Shown piece after piece: positions 23,730 through 36,099 of a DNA stretch of 64,000 nucleotides. The DNA comes from Psammoneis japonica (lineage: Eukaryota). The stretch lies in NCBI GenBank assembly GCA_008632985.1, contig QPGO01000035.1, forward strand, positions 235,899 to 299,898, read 5' to 3'. Numbering within the stretch: the first letter of the stretch is position 1; each line of letters starts with the position of its first letter. The notes beneath the pieces were generated by a model. It saw nothing but the letters and a program-made list of their open reading frames with translations. It was not told the DNA's origin and made no database searches. Made by a program: the position numbers and the translations under genes.

Positions 23730-26365
23730 GATGTTGCTCTCAACAGGAACACATTGTCATCAACTCTGAGCCATTGGAGCAGTGCGACATTCAACTCAGA
23801 TGCAAAAATGTGTTGCAACGAAATTTTCACAATCACAGGCACAGGCAGCTCTGCAAGATGCAACTCAATTTTGGTGTTTTGCTTGCAGACAAGAGCTCCC
23901 TGTCACAATGATGACATGAAAACCAACAACAACACTGCAGGAACCAGATGTGGGGTGGCACCACACCAAATTTGATCCATTTGAAAGACAGCTTCTGTCC
24001 CTGCGATTTTGGCAATTAAAAATGTGATGCAAAACTGACAAGAGTGCAACAAGCCACCATGTTCACCACAACTTTGCAGCAACAAATGGCGTTTGCACTT
24101 GCTGTCAGACCATTGGCTCAAAGGACACGTTGTGTTGCATGGTGGTGGACAAGGAAGAGAGCAGCCAAGGCATTGCCTGCACACACCCCCCAGGCAAATC
24201 AAAGTGCCAGAGCTCTGGCTGATTTTGTCATCATTGGATGCAAAGGCGGGCATCACATGTGGTGACTTGCAGATGCAACAAAATGGCCAAGGAAGCTCAA
24301 GAGCAAACAACAAGTTGTGCTGCTGGCAAACAAACAGCTGGAAGGAGACGCTTGTTGAGAAAAGCTTTTTGCACAAAGAAAGTCAAATGTTGCTGAGTGA
24401 ATCACCCAACAATTGCACTGGAAAATGGTGCCAAACACCACCAAAGTTGTGCAGAAATGGGTGTGCATGAAATGCAGTGCATGACAAAAAAAAACATCAG
24501 AAGCCACAGCCCAGCAGTGCAAAAGCCCCCACCTGGGTCTGGACCTGGAGCATGTCTCCATGACACTTGGGTTTGGTTGCAGCCCTTCTTTTGCAACCAG
24601 GGCCACAATGGCAGAACTTTGACCAATCTCAACAGTGCAGTTCTGGGGGCATTGCTCATCATGTGAGACCAGCAGAATTTGCTCAAAAGGGCAGTGTCAG
24701 CATGGCTGTGCCAGCCATGGCAGCACCCACTGAGCAATCCCTGGGGGAGCAAAGATGCCGTGTCTGTGCAAACATGTGGCATGCATGCATCTCTGAACAG
24801 CTGCAGTTTGCAGTTTGAACAATCTTGTCTAAAATTTACATTGGTGAACAAAGCACATGTGCCAATCAGTGCATTTGGGATTTTCAGTTAAATTCAGCAA
24901 GTGCTGGACAGACTCAATGTTTTTGGTGCCACAAAATTGAGATGTCACAAGCCCCCAAAATGTGCTGGAGAACAGAATGTTTTGGACAGCTGCTGTCCAG
25001 CAACCAACCATGCTCCATCATGAGTCTGCATCTGTCTGTCCATTGTGTGTTGTGCACTTTGAGTGGCTCTGGGCTGGAGACTGTTCACACACAGACTCTC
25101 AAGGAATTCAGACAAAGGGTGCATTGCCAGTGCCAGCACAGTGGTGCCACCGTCCCACTCACATCGTGAAACCCACAAACCCAAAAACTGTGGAGAATCT
25201 GTCTGCATTCCCCCCCTGCCCTGCCCTTGTCTGGACCAGAGACAGACATCTCTTTCTTTTGTTGTGACTCTGGACAGAACTGTGCAAGCCCAGACTGTCA
25301 AAGTCATTGACACAGCCAGCTTCTTGACATTGCCCTTGCCCCCTGGAGCTTGTGCAAAGCTGCTGCACTGTTGCACAAAACTGAGAGCTGGGTCCTCTGT
25401 GTCCTCAGAGTGACTTTTGGAGTTCTCTCCATGGGGAATCACATGATCGAAATAGACCTCCCTCCATCCTCATCTCATGCCTCGTCAAGACAGTGGGCTC
25501 AACTTTCAAAACAAAGGCTGCCCTCACCCAATGGCCATCAATCCTCATCAACTCCAAATCATCCAAAGAAACACCTTCCTTCAGCTCAAATCCATCAAAA
25601 TCCTTCAGCTCAACTGCCTCCCAAAAGCGAGCAGCACTGCTGGCCTCCTTTTTTCCACACATCATCCTCACTTGTGAGGTTCATTGTCAGGGGGGGTGTG
25701 GGGCCATGGCAAAGCTGGAGAAAAGTGTCCACATGCCTTGATTCATTCCCAGGCTGTGTGACATGAGCATCTGGACAGGCTTCAAACAAAATGTCTTGAA
25801 AATCCAAGTTGCCCCTCCCGTGCCCCAGCACTTTTTCCGCTTTTGTTTGTGTGGAGTCAACCACAATGGCGTGGGTTGGAGGTGGCCATGTGGGAGATTT
25901 TTAGTGCACTCCCTCTGGAACCTTCTTGAACATGCTGTCGTTGATGGCGTTCCTGTCAAGATTGGTTGCAGTGGCATGGGCTGCTGCGCTGCTGGCGGAA
26001 GTTGCTTTTTTTGTTTTCTTTGGCCTGGCCAGCAGCGTTGCTTGCCAGACCTGAGGCATCCACACATGCTTGTTCACTGCTTTGCCCTTGAATTGCTCAA
26101 AAGCATGAAAGAATCTCACCCCACACTGGATGATCCTCAAATGAATCTGATGAGAAACCCTGCAATGCCCACACGGGTGGTGTTGCCAAGGAGCCCTGGT
26201 TTGCTGGTGATGCGAACATCCAAACGAAGCCCAAGTGTCCTTCTCTCTAAGACTGACAAATGTGACAATGTGTGCCATTGGAAAACTTCAAACATTTTGT
26301 CGTTGCTCTCTGCAAGCATGGTTGTGATGACAATGAGACACAGCCGTCCAGCGAAGCGTTCAATT
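23730..26365. repeat. Decayed TpA-depleted block, probably Helitron-derived
   Basis: TA nearly absent; contains PIF1-helicase remnants (see next feature). Confidence 0.7.
25230..25990 (-). pseudogene. PIF1-like (Helitron Rep/Hel-type) helicase C-terminal remnant
   Basis: Frameshifted pieces TATNLDRNAIN, LQLCHG.P, IDGHWV, CNSAAALHKLQG (motif V, TxHKxQG) and WACTVLSRVTT (motif VI, YVxLSRV with Y->C). Confidence 0.65.
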
Positions 26366-26663
26366 CGTAGCTACTTCTAGCTGAGGAGGGCCCTTCGCAC
26401 TCGAGCCTCTTGGCGCTGTGGGCACGGAACACACACCTGCACGAACGCACGAACGCACGCACGCACACGATAACGACCTTTTAGCATGCGTCGGTGTGAA
26501 TTATATTCTTTCATTATATTGTGAGGTGTTTCAAAAAGTTGTTGAGGTTGACGGCTGTGGATGTCGGCTTGCGTCATTTTTTATTGATCCTTCGTGCTGA
26601 GAGGAAGAGAGAATCAAACTAAAATCTTGGTCCGTTTTGAGTGAAGTTGGTCTTGCTTTCAGA

Positions 26664-28352
26664 ATGGAAACAAATTCTCTGTTGGAAGCACAACAGCATG
26701 GTGACACATACTACGAGGCTCTGAATGGCCAAACCGAGAACAATTCGGTGCATCGCAAGGAACCTGATGACCACCCTTTACATAAGGATGGCTGGTGTTC
26801 CAGACTAGATTGGGATGCCGTTCACTTTGGCATCCGAATGGCAGTTTGCATGGCTATCTCTTCTCTCTTTATCCTGGTGCCCGCGCCGTGCGTACACAAA
26901 ACGCCCAGAAATTGTTTTTTGTTGACATGAAACGAAAATCTCACACATTATCTGCGTTTTCTTTATCATTCATATTCACAGTGGTGTTGATAGGCAGGGC
27001 ATGTGGGTTGTGATTACTGTCCTTTTTGTTTGTTGGTTTCCCAGTCTGGATGCTGCCTCGGTCGTCGAAAAGAGTATTCAACGACTCTATGGGACAGCGA
27101 TTGGAGCCGTGGTGGGATTACTCTGTGGCTTTCTTTCATTGACAGTACTCGGCACTGAGGAAAGCAAGGCATTGTTGATGGGACCCCAGGCTACCTTTCT
27201 GTTTTGTTGTATCGCGACGTACACATTTGTGATATGTTGGGCAGCGGTGCAGTTCAAAGTGAAGGGAGGCACAAAGATTATTGCCAAGTACAATTATGCG
27301 TGCATATTGTGCTTGTTGACGTTCTACATTTGCCTACTTCCCTTTTACTGTGTGGAAGAAAAGAAATGGTTGCGTGCAATGTATCGAGTCATCAACGTCA
27401 TTATTGGCTGCATCATTGGGGCGGGTCTTTCCATTTCAATTTTGCCACGGTCCACAGTACGAATATTGCGAAGAAAAATTGAAAAACAAATTTTGCTGGC
27501 CGGTGAGGCCTCACAAGCGGTTTTGCACTATGCTGCCGATAGCTTTAGCGAAAGTGCCTTGGCAGATGACACACCGGAGTCATCACACGACGGACCTTCG
27601 ATACGAGAGAATCTGTCGGCATCACGGCGACTCTGGAGAAGTTCAGAAGAGGCTGTCGAAATTGGGTGCGACGTAACTCTAGAAAAGTACGAAACAGCAA
27701 TCAAAGAGTGGAGGAACATCAAGGGACAGCTCGGCAAACTCCAATTCGATCCCTTCAACATTGGTCTTCCAGACGATTTGATCTCCGCTTTTCGTACAGA
27801 GACGTCAAACACAATGACGAGAGCTTTACGAATCCAAAACACGGTTATTCTGATGGACGGGATAATCCGAAATGATCCAAAACATGATTTTAGCGAGACA
27901 CACATCAATTTGTTTGCCGACGTGGGAACTCTCATTCGTCAGATGTTGACTTTGCCTCTAAATGCTGAAACTGATATTGCAGCCGATGAATTGAAGTCTA
28001 ACCTTTCTCAAATCCGAGGTTTCATAATCGACCTGTCAGCGGTAGTCGCTTCGTCTTCGCAGGAGATGCCGAGCAGCCAAGTTGGGAGGCTCGGATTTGA
28101 TATTATAGGTTCCAGGCTTGACTTGGTAGAAATGGACCAGCCCGAATGCACAAAAGCGATAGTTTTCAGCAAGACGACAAGGGAGGTTTGGGCGTGCCAA
28201 AGCATGTCCACGGTAGCCGTGTTTGTGCCCTGCTATTCCTGCAACTTGTTGAGCACATGGCTCTTCGATCCGTTCGACTTTACGAGAGCTACAAGAAGTG
28301 CGAAGACATCATCCATGCTGCGGAGAGACGAAGCAAAAGGCAGAATCTCTGA
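26664..28352 (+). CDS. ALMT/aromatic acid exporter (FUSC-like) family membrane transporter; exons 26664-26887 and 26982-28352 with an apparent 1-nt deletion at ~28144
   Basis: FGIRMAVC; an in-frame GT..AG intron at 26888-26981; GMWVVITVLFV, KSIQRLYGTAIGAVVG and YRVINVIIGCIIG..SILP. The protein-like C-terminus (LLFLQLVEHMALRSVRLY) lies in another frame from 28146. Confidence 0.82.
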
Positions 28353-28471
28353 TTGCATGCACCCTTTTTCTATCATTTACTGAACGTCCCAAGTACCCGA
28401 GCTAAGATACACATAGCGTTGCACTGTAAGTGCAACAGCGAATCAGTAATACTTCGGACAACTGAGGATGC

Positions 28472-30052
28472 TCAACACCAACTGGAGAAACCACGACGTG
28501 GATTCATGACAATATCAAGCCCCGCGATCTCATGGCAAAAGTGAACCCAAGGAAATTCATTGCGCTCTCCAAAATCCATTCCTTCCCATCCAAACTTGAT
28601 AATGCCTGTGCACCAGAAGGAAATTCCCTTCTTGGTGAACTCGTCCACGCAGAGTTTGGAACAGTATCGTTTCACAGCATTGACAGTACATCGAGAAAGC
28701 GACTCGTTTACATTTGCTGGACTCCCGGTGGAAGCATCGGTGTCATCAAACCAGTGGGTTGGATCAAAGAAGAGGTTGTCATCAGCCTCGCGGACCGTGT
28801 CGCAGAGTTCGTTCAAGATCTCGGACATGCGGGCTTCTCCAGCTTTACCCAGATTATTCATTGAACGAAAAAAATTCAGAACCATGGAACGGTACTGAGA
28901 AAGATAGGTGGCCTGTCGGTAACTGTCCAGCTTGGAATAGTCAGGAGAATGGCGTGGGTCAATGAACTCTTCTGGGATATAGTAGTCATCGTCTTTGTCC
29001 TGGTCCTCAAAGATGTACGTCGGATGCAGCGGGATACTTTGTTCTAGCTCCTGAACTTTAGATTTCCACAAATGCGGCTGCCTAGAGGCATGGTTGAGAT
29101 ACTTGCTCACGAGGCCTACGTTACGCAAGTCCTTGCCCGATTCCAACCAATCAAGCGACAAAGCCACGGCTCTTTCGGCAATCGAATCCCCATCGGGAAC
29201 AAGGCTAGCCGGTTCAATGTCAGGATTGGGCTCCAGTCCGAGGCGAGTGTACAAAAATTGAGCGCTGTAGGACATGATGACCCAGCCCAAAGCCTTCTGA
29301 ACAGGCTTGGGTGGATTTGACGGGCCCAGCTTCCGCAGCCATTGTGCGTAGCATTCGTTCTTGTTCTTGACTGCACAATATCGAGGAGTCAATCCCGCAG
29401 CATTTGTGGTAGTGACGGCCTCTGGAAAGGCTTTGTACAGTTGATAGAAAGCATCGATGTTACCTGCGCCGTGATGCGCAGCATTGTGCAGAGGCAGACA
29501 CCCATTACAGCTCGCCATTGACGCAGCCTTGGGAGTCTTTTCGATAAGAAACAAACGCTTCTCGTCTGAACATTCGTCCTTGAACGAAAGAAAAGTGTAA
29601 TGTAAAGGCGCATTTCCACAAGAATCTGTGGCAATGGCAGCTTCGGGATGAGCATCATAGATGAGTTTGAAACTTTTCAAGCTAACTCGCTTGTTCATCA
29701 CCGCAAGATGCAATGGAGTCAGACGGTTTCCAACGTCTGATGGCAATGCCGCATCGTTGAAAAAAACCTCCTCGTCATGCGCGACAAAGCTGGTGGTTTT
29801 ACGCGCCAATGACGGATCCGTCCGTATAATCATTTCGATTCCAGGATTCGGATCACAGCCACTATTATTCCGTTCTCGACGAAGCAAACTCTGAAGCACC
29901 GTATCGCCGCAGGCGTCGATCGTCTCGTGCATGAGTTTCGGCCGTTTGCGGCACAGTTTCTCCATTCCATCCCAGTTTTCCTCGTCACAGAGATCCCTCA
30001 AGACTGTCTTGCTCATTTTTTCTATTGATAGATTGAAGATGTTGTTATGCAA
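28472..30052 (-). CDS. Ankyrin-repeat protein with F-box-like segment
   Basis: Ankyrin motifs GDTVLQ, TPLHLAV, GNAPLHY, GCLPLHNAA and GLTP. LDWL..KDLRNVGLVSKYL...RQPHLWK resembles the end of an F-box. Start may be 30016. Confidence 0.85.
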   Translation of the reverse strand: MHNNIFNLSIEKMSKTVLRDLCDEENWDGMEKLCRKRPKLMHETIDACGDTVLQSLLRRERNNSGCDPNPGIEMIIRTDPSLARKTTSFVAHDEEVFFNDAALPSDVGNRLTPLHLAVMNKRVSLKSFKLIYDAHPEAAIATDSCGNAPLHYTFLSFKDECSDEKRLFLIEKTPKAASMASCNGCLPLHNAAHHGAGNIDAFYQLYKAFPEAVTTTNAAGLTPRYCAVKNKNECYAQWLRKLGPSNPPKPVQKALGWVIMSYSAQFLYTRLGLEPNPDIEPASLVPDGDSIAERAVALSLDWLESGKDLRNVGLVSKYLNHASRQPHLWKSKVQELEQSIPLHPTYIFEDQDKDDDYYIPEEFIDPRHSPDYSKLDSYRQATYLSQYRSMVLNFFRSMNNLGKAGEARMSEILNELCDTVREADDNLFFDPTHWFDDTDASTGSPANVNESLSRCTVNAVKRYCSKLCVDEFTKKGISFWCTGIIKFGWEGMDFGERNEFPWVHFCHEIAGLDIVMNPRRGFSSWC

Positions 30053-30643
30053 GCGATGCTTTTACCGACGCCCGAGCTTCAAGAACAATGACGAGGTGCG
30101 TGATAATGTGATGCTGATATATAGATACTCCTACTCTAGAGATGCGGATCGAAAATCTTTTCCACCGATACGTTGTCGATTTTAGGCTTTCGGACTGTCT
30201 TGGAATCCCGAGCGCGAGCACGCGCGCGCATTTTTCTCGCGCGATGGCAAACCCTTGCTTGAAACGTGAAACGAGCAGCGCTCTTCTCTCTCCTCCAGAG
30301 TGAGAAGAAACAAGAAGTGGGGTTTCTAGGTTTTTCTCGATGCAAGCGGTAGGGATTTCTAAGAAGACGAAGTTTGTCGTGTACTAATTCTATTCTCGTT
30401 TATCATAGCGCTGTTACAAGAAAAAGCCAAGCATCGGTGATAAGGAGGGATTATGATTCCATTCGTCCGCAAGTCTCGCTCTCGACAGCGAATCATTTCA
30501 TCCACCACACGCCTGGGCCTGAAAGGATGTAGCGCGATCAGTTCAAGCTCGCTCCTTGCCCTTTTAACCGGGGCAATTCGTCTGAAACCGTGCACGAGCG
30601 CGTACCAGACACCGAAAGCATGTTTCTCTGTGTTTTTTCCGCA

Positions 30644-31614
30644 TCATGTGTAAATTACCAGAAAGAACAAAATCAACACAGTCAATGACAACATCAGTAT
30701 AGTCCCGAGTTGACACTTGTCCTTGGTCTTTAACATCTTGGCAAGCTTGCCCATGACGAGTCCGAGCTTCTCTTCGGCATCTGCCAAATCATCATCCATC
30801 TCGTCTAGCATTTTGTTTTGTTGTCCAATTTCCGTATGAATGTCACCCGCCATGATTCCCACCCTCGTGACTGCCTCATCCAATTCATCCAAGGTCTCAT
30901 CTTGTTGTTGCATCAAGAGCGATGCCTTGGCGTGCGAGTCGGCAATGAAATATGCCTCCTCGTCTTGCTGTTTCGAAGCGTCTTCGTTTTGTTGTTGTTG
31001 CATTCGTCTGGCAATTTTGGCACGCTCGTCCTGGAGAAACTTGGACTTTACCTTTTCCGAATTCATTTCATCACGAACCGCCGCCAAGCGGTCCTTGCTG
31101 GTGGCTACGAGCGACTTGCGGTCTTGGAGTTCGGAAACAGAAATGTGCGAAAACTTGGAAGGATCGCTCGAAACCACCTGAACGGTTGTTTGAACGTCTC
31201 TCAGTGTGCTCTCCGCGTTCTTAATGTGGCGTTTCAACTGTTTCTTGCAATCCTTGATTTCGTGTGTATTTACAGCCGTGTCCTAAGAGAGGAAAAAGGA
31301 GAAGTAAGAATTGAGGACGTCAGCGGGGCACATAACTGCGACGTATGCTTCAAAAGTATTTCTGAATGCTGAATTTTCCTTACCGTTTGATTCACTAATC
31401 GAAGATAATGCGTCAAGGACTCATCTACCAATTCTAACTTTCGATACAAGTCGTCACGAAAGACATAAAAAGGATCGTCGTGATCGTCGGGAGCGGTCGT
31501 GAGTGGTTCTGACAGGTGCTTGGGAAAGCCATTGCCTTGCTGTTGCTGCGCGGTGCCGTTGCCTTCTGGAGCACTGCCGCCATTACTCGATTCATCCAAC
31601 TGTGTGTATTGCAT
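30644..31614 (-). CDS. STX6: Syntaxin-6/SYP61/Tlg1-like Qc-SNARE; exons 31614-31384 and 31282-30644
   Basis: N-terminal DPFYVFRDDL; in-frame intron GTAAGG..CTTAG (31383-31283); SNARE heptads QQDETLDEL..IHTEIGQQNKMLDEM; C-terminal TM anchor. Confidence 0.9.
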
Positions 31615-32040
31615 AATGCTTTGACTTGCAGTAAGTAGCTTGCGGTTTGTCCTGGATGCAAGTCTGTGTTGCGACGCTGTTGTTGGTTCTGTTGCTGCCT
31701 CTGATTTTTTGCTCGTGACCGTTGGGGCTTGAAGCTCCCACCGTGGCTACGTAAATTTGTACGCAAACCTGATACGGCAAATTTTTCGCTGGGCTTCGCA
31801 GTGAGCGAACCCCTCTTTTTAAGGCGATTTTTGCGCCGCAAATTATTCCACGATAGCGAGCAAACGCCATGCTACAGTCGCTAGAGATTAAGGCTATCTT
31901 CGATTGTTTGTATCATCGACTGCGAAGATTGATCTTTCCATCTCTAGAGACTGACTGTGAAGCGCAGCTTGAAATAGCATGTGGATACATACACTGGTTT
32001 TTACACGTACCGCAAAAACATGCATGCACGTAAATGCAAC

Positions 32041-35000
32041 TTAACTCGCCGAATTTCGCATGCTAGTGGTGGACTGGAAGGTCTCTGGAAAAAGACCATC
32101 AAATCCATTTTCTGGAGGAAACACAAAGTAAGTGTCCATTTCTCCTCGGCCCTTGATGTCCATCTTTTTTCGAAACTTGACATTGATCTCGGGACATTGT
32201 CCCTTGAGCAAATCTGCTGTTTCGGTAGTGCACTGAACTCGGTCGGGTTCCGAAGAGCTCTCCATTCGAGATGCCGTATTGACGGTTGTACCAAAGAGCG
32301 TATACTTTGGATGCTGGGCACTGCCAATCACCGTGGCTACGACGGGTCCTGTTGCCAGGCCAAACCGCACCTGAACGGTGCCAAGTTCAGGCTTTGACGG
32401 ACAAATGGGTGTCTTGCTTGCTACGACAATCGCTTCCAATGCAAAGCAAGCGGCACGAGGAGCATGATCGTCAATCGCTTTTGGAAGACCCGACACTCCC
32501 AAGAATGCATCACCAATGACGTCAAGCTTCTTCACGCCGTACTTTTCGGCTAACGAGTCAAACTTTGTAAAGAGGCGTTTGATCAAATCTCCAACTTCTT
32601 CGGCCGAAAGCTTGGAGCTTGTTGCCGTAAAGCCTACAATGTCGGAAAACAAAACGGTGCAATTCTCAAACTTCTCGGGTGGGACGGTTTCACCCCTGGA
32701 CAAGGCATCCTGCACGTGTGGAGGAAGAATGGAATCAAACACGGACGCCCTCGAGACTAGCTGCTGGGTGAGGCTCGCGGGGGATACCGCCTTGGAAAGC
32801 CGATCGACGATTTCATCCATGGACGGACGTCGCAAAGGATTCTTGTTCCAACACTCGATACATAAATCCTTGAGTATTTGGGGAGCACTTGGAGGAAGGT
32901 TTGGTCGCACGGGCGGCACGATTGTCAAATCGGAAACCAAGCTGACAATCTCGGGGACAGTTAGCTTTTGACCGTCTCTTTCGCCATAGTACTCGACCTT
33001 GTTCTCCTCGCCTTCTCGTAGCTCAAAGGTGTCACTCGTAAGCTCGGATGCTGTTGAATCCGTGATTTCAGTAAGAGAAGACTTGGAATGCCGACGAACC
33101 AGGAAAGGCTTGGCACGAGCAACAATCTCGAAACTGCGCCGTGTGAGAAGGAAAAAAAAATGTCCATGTAGTCTGCAACAAGCATGTTTGTACAAAGACC
33201 TATTGGTACTTACAGAAGCATTCCGTAGGAATAGACGTCAGACATCAATGTGGCTTTTTCCCCATTAAGAATCTCGGGCGCCATCCACAGCATTTCCCCT
33301 TGACTATGACTGCCACCAATCACCCTTGCCTCTAGTGCGTAGTTCGTTATGCTTGCATTATAAGACGAGTCCACTAGAACGTTGCTCGCCTTGAGAGCTT
33401 CGTGGAGAAGCGGTCCAAGAGGCTCGGGCGTTTTGTGAAGGTACCTCAGTCCCTTGGCAATCTGTAGCGCCCACTGCATTTCAACCGCGTCACCGGAACC
33501 AGATGCAACACCAGAGGGGTTTGCCAGAACTGTCGCTAAATCACCATTCTCCATAAACTCAAAGACCACGTAGATTTGCTTTCTTGTCACCAGAGCTCCG
33601 AGTGTCTGAACAATGTGAGGGTGGCGGAGTTTGACAAGCACTCCCACATCTTCTTGTAATTGCCGATAAGTCAATTTTCCCGTATCAGACTGCATGAAAA
33701 AAGTCGAAGAATGCCCATGGTTGCTACCCGAATCCATTCGACTGTATGTGTGTTGCGACGCTTTCACCGCTACCGGAGTGCCGTGTAGGTTAGCCTTGAT
33801 GATCACTCCAAATGCGCCTTCTCCAATGACTTCATCTGTCATTTGAATATCTTGAGGCTTGATTTGCCACTGCATCTTTGACTTTTTCCGCTCTCGCTTC
33901 TTGACGAAATAACCGTGATGCCAATAGCAAGGCCTACAAAAGCACAAACTCCCAGGACAATCCCCACAATGGCCCCGGTACTCAAGCTACCATCCGACGT
34001 GTCGTCCTTTGGATTGTATACGTTGAGCGATTTTTGGTAAATGGTCAACAACGACGAGGTTGTATCGTCTCGGTTGTCATAGGCATTGGTGATATCCCGC
34101 CAAGCAGCCTCAATTTCATTTGCAACTAGCATGCGATCTTCATGCGTCTTGAATTCCCCTTGACTCTCCAGCAAATGCTGGAAGATGCTTACGTTCATGG
34201 TGGACAAGAAGGCGTCCGCTTCTGGAAAACGAACATCGAGCACCGTGTTTGGTGAGCTCAGTTCTTCTTGAATAGTCTGCTGATACTCCCTCGCACCGTC
34301 CTCGGGGTATCCTCGGTCAACCCATTTCTGAATGTCGAAATGAGACTTTCGGTAGGGGTCGGTTCCCGTGAAGAGAGGGCCTTCTGCAAAAGGGATTACG
34401 TCTTCGGTCGATTCCTTGGTGCCGCAGACGAAACCAAAAAACTCAGCCATATCATCTCTTCGGTCCTTGCTGACTCCCCCGGAGACTCCCACGGCCCACC
34501 CCCCGGCGGCCGCATACGGAGCGAGGTTGACCCTACCGATGTCCTCGTACGTTTTACCATGAGGACAGATTTCCTCATTACACTGAACCAGCTTGCCGGT
34601 TTCCCGGTCTAGCACATGAGTGGATCCAGGAGTATGAGCGATTCCCAGTTTGCCGCGAATCTGAGTCCCCTCCAACAAATGACGTGCCCAGACGTCTCCC
34701 CAATGATATGTCATGGCGCATGTGCCGGCATTCATCATGTCAATGTTGAGCCCACTGCATGATCACTCGTCAGCTCTGAAAAAATGAAAGGAACGAACAG
34801 AGACGCCGTCACGTCAGTACTTCTATTTGGCTCACGCAAAAGATAGGACTCCATTGTAGCAAACAACACTTACCATCATCCGGCCCATACTTGACTTGAT
34901 TCTCTAAATGCTTCAATGTTCCGCCATGGCCTCTTGCATGAGTGGATTGAAATTCCTAGGATCAAAGAGAGCGCCCTTGGTTGTACCGCCAGCTTGGGTA

Positions 35001-35845
35001 ATGGAAGAATGAATCAACACGTTGAAGAAGTTAAAGTCCAAGCACGTGGGTTTCCGTCCAACGCATGATCCAACAAGGGTCACATTGGTTCCATTGGCAA
35101 GAGGAACCACTTTTCCGTTGAAAAACTTGGCAACTTCTGTGTATTCATCCCACGTACGGGGCACTTGCACTTGGAACTGTTCAAACAAGTCCTTGCGATA
35201 ATAGAGCGTGTGAACATCACCATCACACGGCAACAAACGGACGGTTTTGTCATAGACAGCCTGAACGTCACGATTAAACGGGTACACGTCGGTCCAATTG
35301 ACGTTTTCATTGTTTCGCACAAAGTCCGTCAAATCGGCAAGTCCGTTCCGTTCCACCAGCGAACCGGTAATGAATGGAAGAAAACAATACCCATCAAACA
35401 CCTTGGCCTTGACATCGGCGAGAATTTCCGTGTTGAGATTGGACAAGTCACCCAAGCGTTCGACACGCACTTGTACACCAGTCTGTTCCTGGAAGGCTTG
35501 GGCTCGTTGAGAAAAGCGATTGGGAATAAAGTTGAGGTAGTGATCTTCGCCTCCGACAGCAAGCATTGTTATGGTTCTCGTTTCGGGAGCTTCAGTTTCA
35601 TTGCATTTACATGCATTCTGCAGGTTGCGCTTTTAAGATTTAAAAGGTAGCGTTGTTTAGCACGACACGCCTTCATCACGAAAAAGATGCACGACATGGC
35701 AACACGGCACACATACCGTGGTCTTTTGCGTTTGCGCCTCCTCCTCTTCCTCAGCTTGAATATGATGCGCAGCTCGGAGAGAGCCCGACATTGTTCTGGT
35801 CACAAAAGAAGGTTGAAGCAACAGAGAAGTTTAGGTTCCAATCAT
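32041..35845 (-). CDS. Receptor-type class III nucleotide (guanylate-like) cyclase: extracellular solute-binding domain + TM + pseudokinase + cyclase; multi-exon, with several apparent 1-nt deletions
   Basis: Solute-binding motifs LPCDGDVHTLYYRKDLF..VPRTWDEY and HWGD; TM AIVGIVLGVCAFVGLAIGI; kinase-like GEGAFG/VAVK/WMAPE/SDVYSYG; cyclase TVLFSDIVGFT, IGDA and FGTTVNTASRMES. Introns at 33213-33134, ~34873-34776 and ~35716-35618. Start uncertain (35791 or 35845). Confidence 0.88.
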
Positions 35846-36099
35846 TGGTTTGTTTGACCAACATGGAACATGGCCAAAAGATCGCAGAAGTCAAACTGTC
35901 GCGTCGGCGCAGAAAGGTGAAGTCCAAAACAAGGGATTATTCCAAAATTTCAAGATCGCGCCAATTGTTAGTTCTCATAATTAAAAAATTCGCAAGGACA
36001 AGTGAAAAATGGATGGTCGAAACGAAATTCCTGCCCTAATTCCATGGACGTCCATGCCACAGTTTTCAGCGGGAAAACGAGCCGCGGCGTGGAGGGAAG

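Noticed and set aside
26438..26470. (GCAC/GAAC)n microsatellite
   Set aside because: It is a short simple repeat with no evidence of function.
28144..28383. C-terminus of the 460-aa ORF as given in the ORF track
   Set aside because: It is probably out of frame after a 1-nt deletion; the frame ending at 28352 looks like the real protein.
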